Origin: a virus
DNA length: 64,000 nucleotides
IMG/VR virus record: IMGVR_UViG_3300038417_000475
Span: 1 to 64,000 of that record
Reading direction: 5' to 3' (one strand)
The notes under the pieces were generated by a model. That model was not told the origin of the DNA. It saw only the letters and a program-made list of their open reading frames with translations, and did no database searches. Below, piece by piece: positions 62,802 to 64,000 of the stretch. Position 1 is the stretch's first letter. Every line of letters begins with the position of its first letter. Position numbers and translations under genes: made by a program.

Positions 62802-64000
62802 TGGCCAACAAAAAAACAAGGAAAACAGCACATCGCAAATCCCAACGGAAACCAGCTGCAACTGCCGGCGTCGACCTCGCAAATCCAACGGAAATAGAGA
62901 CCGGCGGCAGTGAACATCCCCCGCTGCCGGGGAGACGCCCAAGTCTGGAGATGGATTCAGGCTTGGACGGTGGGAGCGAGCCGCCACCTACCGAGACCGA
63001 GAAGCCCATGCCCAACGAGACCACTGCCTTTGAGAACCTGTTGCGCGACATGGGGGTTTCTGACGAGTTTATCAAGCCCATAACGGTGTACTGCTCCCAG
63101 GAAAATCTCAAGGACCTGCCCAGGCTGTACGAGAATCTCTGGGATATGGGCATCTCGAATGTTCACCTGCGCCGGCGCATCATCAACTTCTGGGCCAGGT
63201 CAATCGGAATCAAGGTCCCCAAAGAGCTGACTCAACAGTTTATAGTGCATGATCAAAGTGCGCCGGAGGCTACTGTACGCAACAGCTCCGGAGGCCTGAG
63301 ATGGATAGTTGAGGATGACGGTGCAGGCAATCCCAAGCTGCGCCCCAGCAGGCAAAACGAGGCAGGGATGACCCTCGCGGAGGCCAAGGCTGCCATCAGG
63401 GAAATGCGTGATCAGGGCGGCCAGGGCGCTGAGCCTATCGTGGAATTCAATGCTGAGACACAACAGTACACACCCAATCCCAAGTCAGCCTGGGTTAAAG
63501 CTAATCCGGCAGCAGCCTGGGCAACTGCCCATGACTTCACTCGCCACATGCAGGAAGGGAATCCAGCGGACCCTGTTGATATTATGGCAGAACAGCTTAG
63601 TAGAGTGGAAACTATCAAACAGTCCCTCGGTCTCAAACCGGACGCAAAAACTGGCACAGATGATGTCTTTGATGCCATCGCCAAGGTGGACGAAATCGCC
63701 AGGAATCGCAACCAGGGGGGAGGGCAGCCGGCATGGATGGCAGACCCTGTAACCTTCGTGAATACAATCAGGAACATGAATCCGCAGCCAACGGGGCCGG
63801 ATCCAGTGATAATGGCACAGATGGCTGAAATGAAGGAAGATGTCAAGGCGGCCAGGGCTGAGAACCAGGCCTTGAAAGACCAGATACAGAATGACAGAAT
63901 GGAGGCCCTCAGGCAGCAGAACCAGGCTATCCTGACACAGCTTCAAGAAGTGCGAACGGAACTCGCCAGGCCCCGGGACGGAGTGACTGCCCTGGGCGTC
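62801..64000 (+). CDS. large hypothetical protein with coiled-coil region (3' truncated, not in ORF track)
   Basis: GGAGGTG RBS, TAATG overlap; MANKKTRK... reads open towards the window end. Confidence 0.65.
   Translation, partial: MANKKTRKTAHRKSQRKPAATAGVDLANPTEIETGGSEHPPLPGRRPSLEMDSGLDGGSEPPPTETEKPMPNETTAFENLLRDMGVSDEFIKPITVYCSQENLKDLPRLYENLWDMGISNVHLRRRIINFWARSIGIKVPKELTQQFIVHDQSAPEATVRNSSGGLRWIVEDDGAGNPKLRPSRQNEAGMTLAEAKAAIREMRDQGGQGAEPIVEFNAETQQYTPNPKSAWVKANPAAAWATAHDFTRHMQEGNPADPVDIMAEQLSRVETIKQSLGLKPDAKTGTDDVFDAIAKVDEIARNRNQGGGQPAWMADPVTFVNTIRNMNPQPTGPDPVIMAQMAEMKEDVKAARAENQALKDQIQNDRMEALRQQNQAILTQLQEVRTELARPRDGVTALGV

Overview
The whole window looks like part of a large bacterial virus genome or virus-like element. 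It has bacterial Shine-Dalgarno sites, sigma70-type promoters, a beta clamp, Ku/ligase and tRNA-fMet, but no housekeeping operons. I recognised no integrase, terminase, portal or HK97 capsid gene. Layout: (i) 1-16.8 kb, a + strand run of mostly small genes (half C5 methyltransferase, papain-type protease, intein-split HiPIP-like protein, GHKL ATPase-metalloprotease). Five or six unrelated proteins here end in a shared 'EMTKG' peptide. (ii) 17.6-36.5 kb, a + strand early-type region that opens with a sigma factor and a ~800-nt highly structured non-coding stretch, is punctuated by four copies of a conserved intergenic motif, and encodes Ku, an internally permuted ATP-dependent ligase, DnaN and a P-loop ATPase. 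(iii) 36.5-62.2 kb, a - strand region with small HMG-box-like and redox proteins, tRNA-fMet, glycan enzymes, a non-canonical virion-like structural module and an intein-containing subtilisin. It also holds a compact lipid biosynthesis cluster (type III PKS, UbiA prenyltransferase, phytol-kinase-like protein, acyl-CoA-reductase-like SDR, SCP2). (iv) A divergent regulator locus at 62.2 kb. All family calls come from motifs read by eye, with no database search. Several single-base frameshifts suggest assembly errors or decay.
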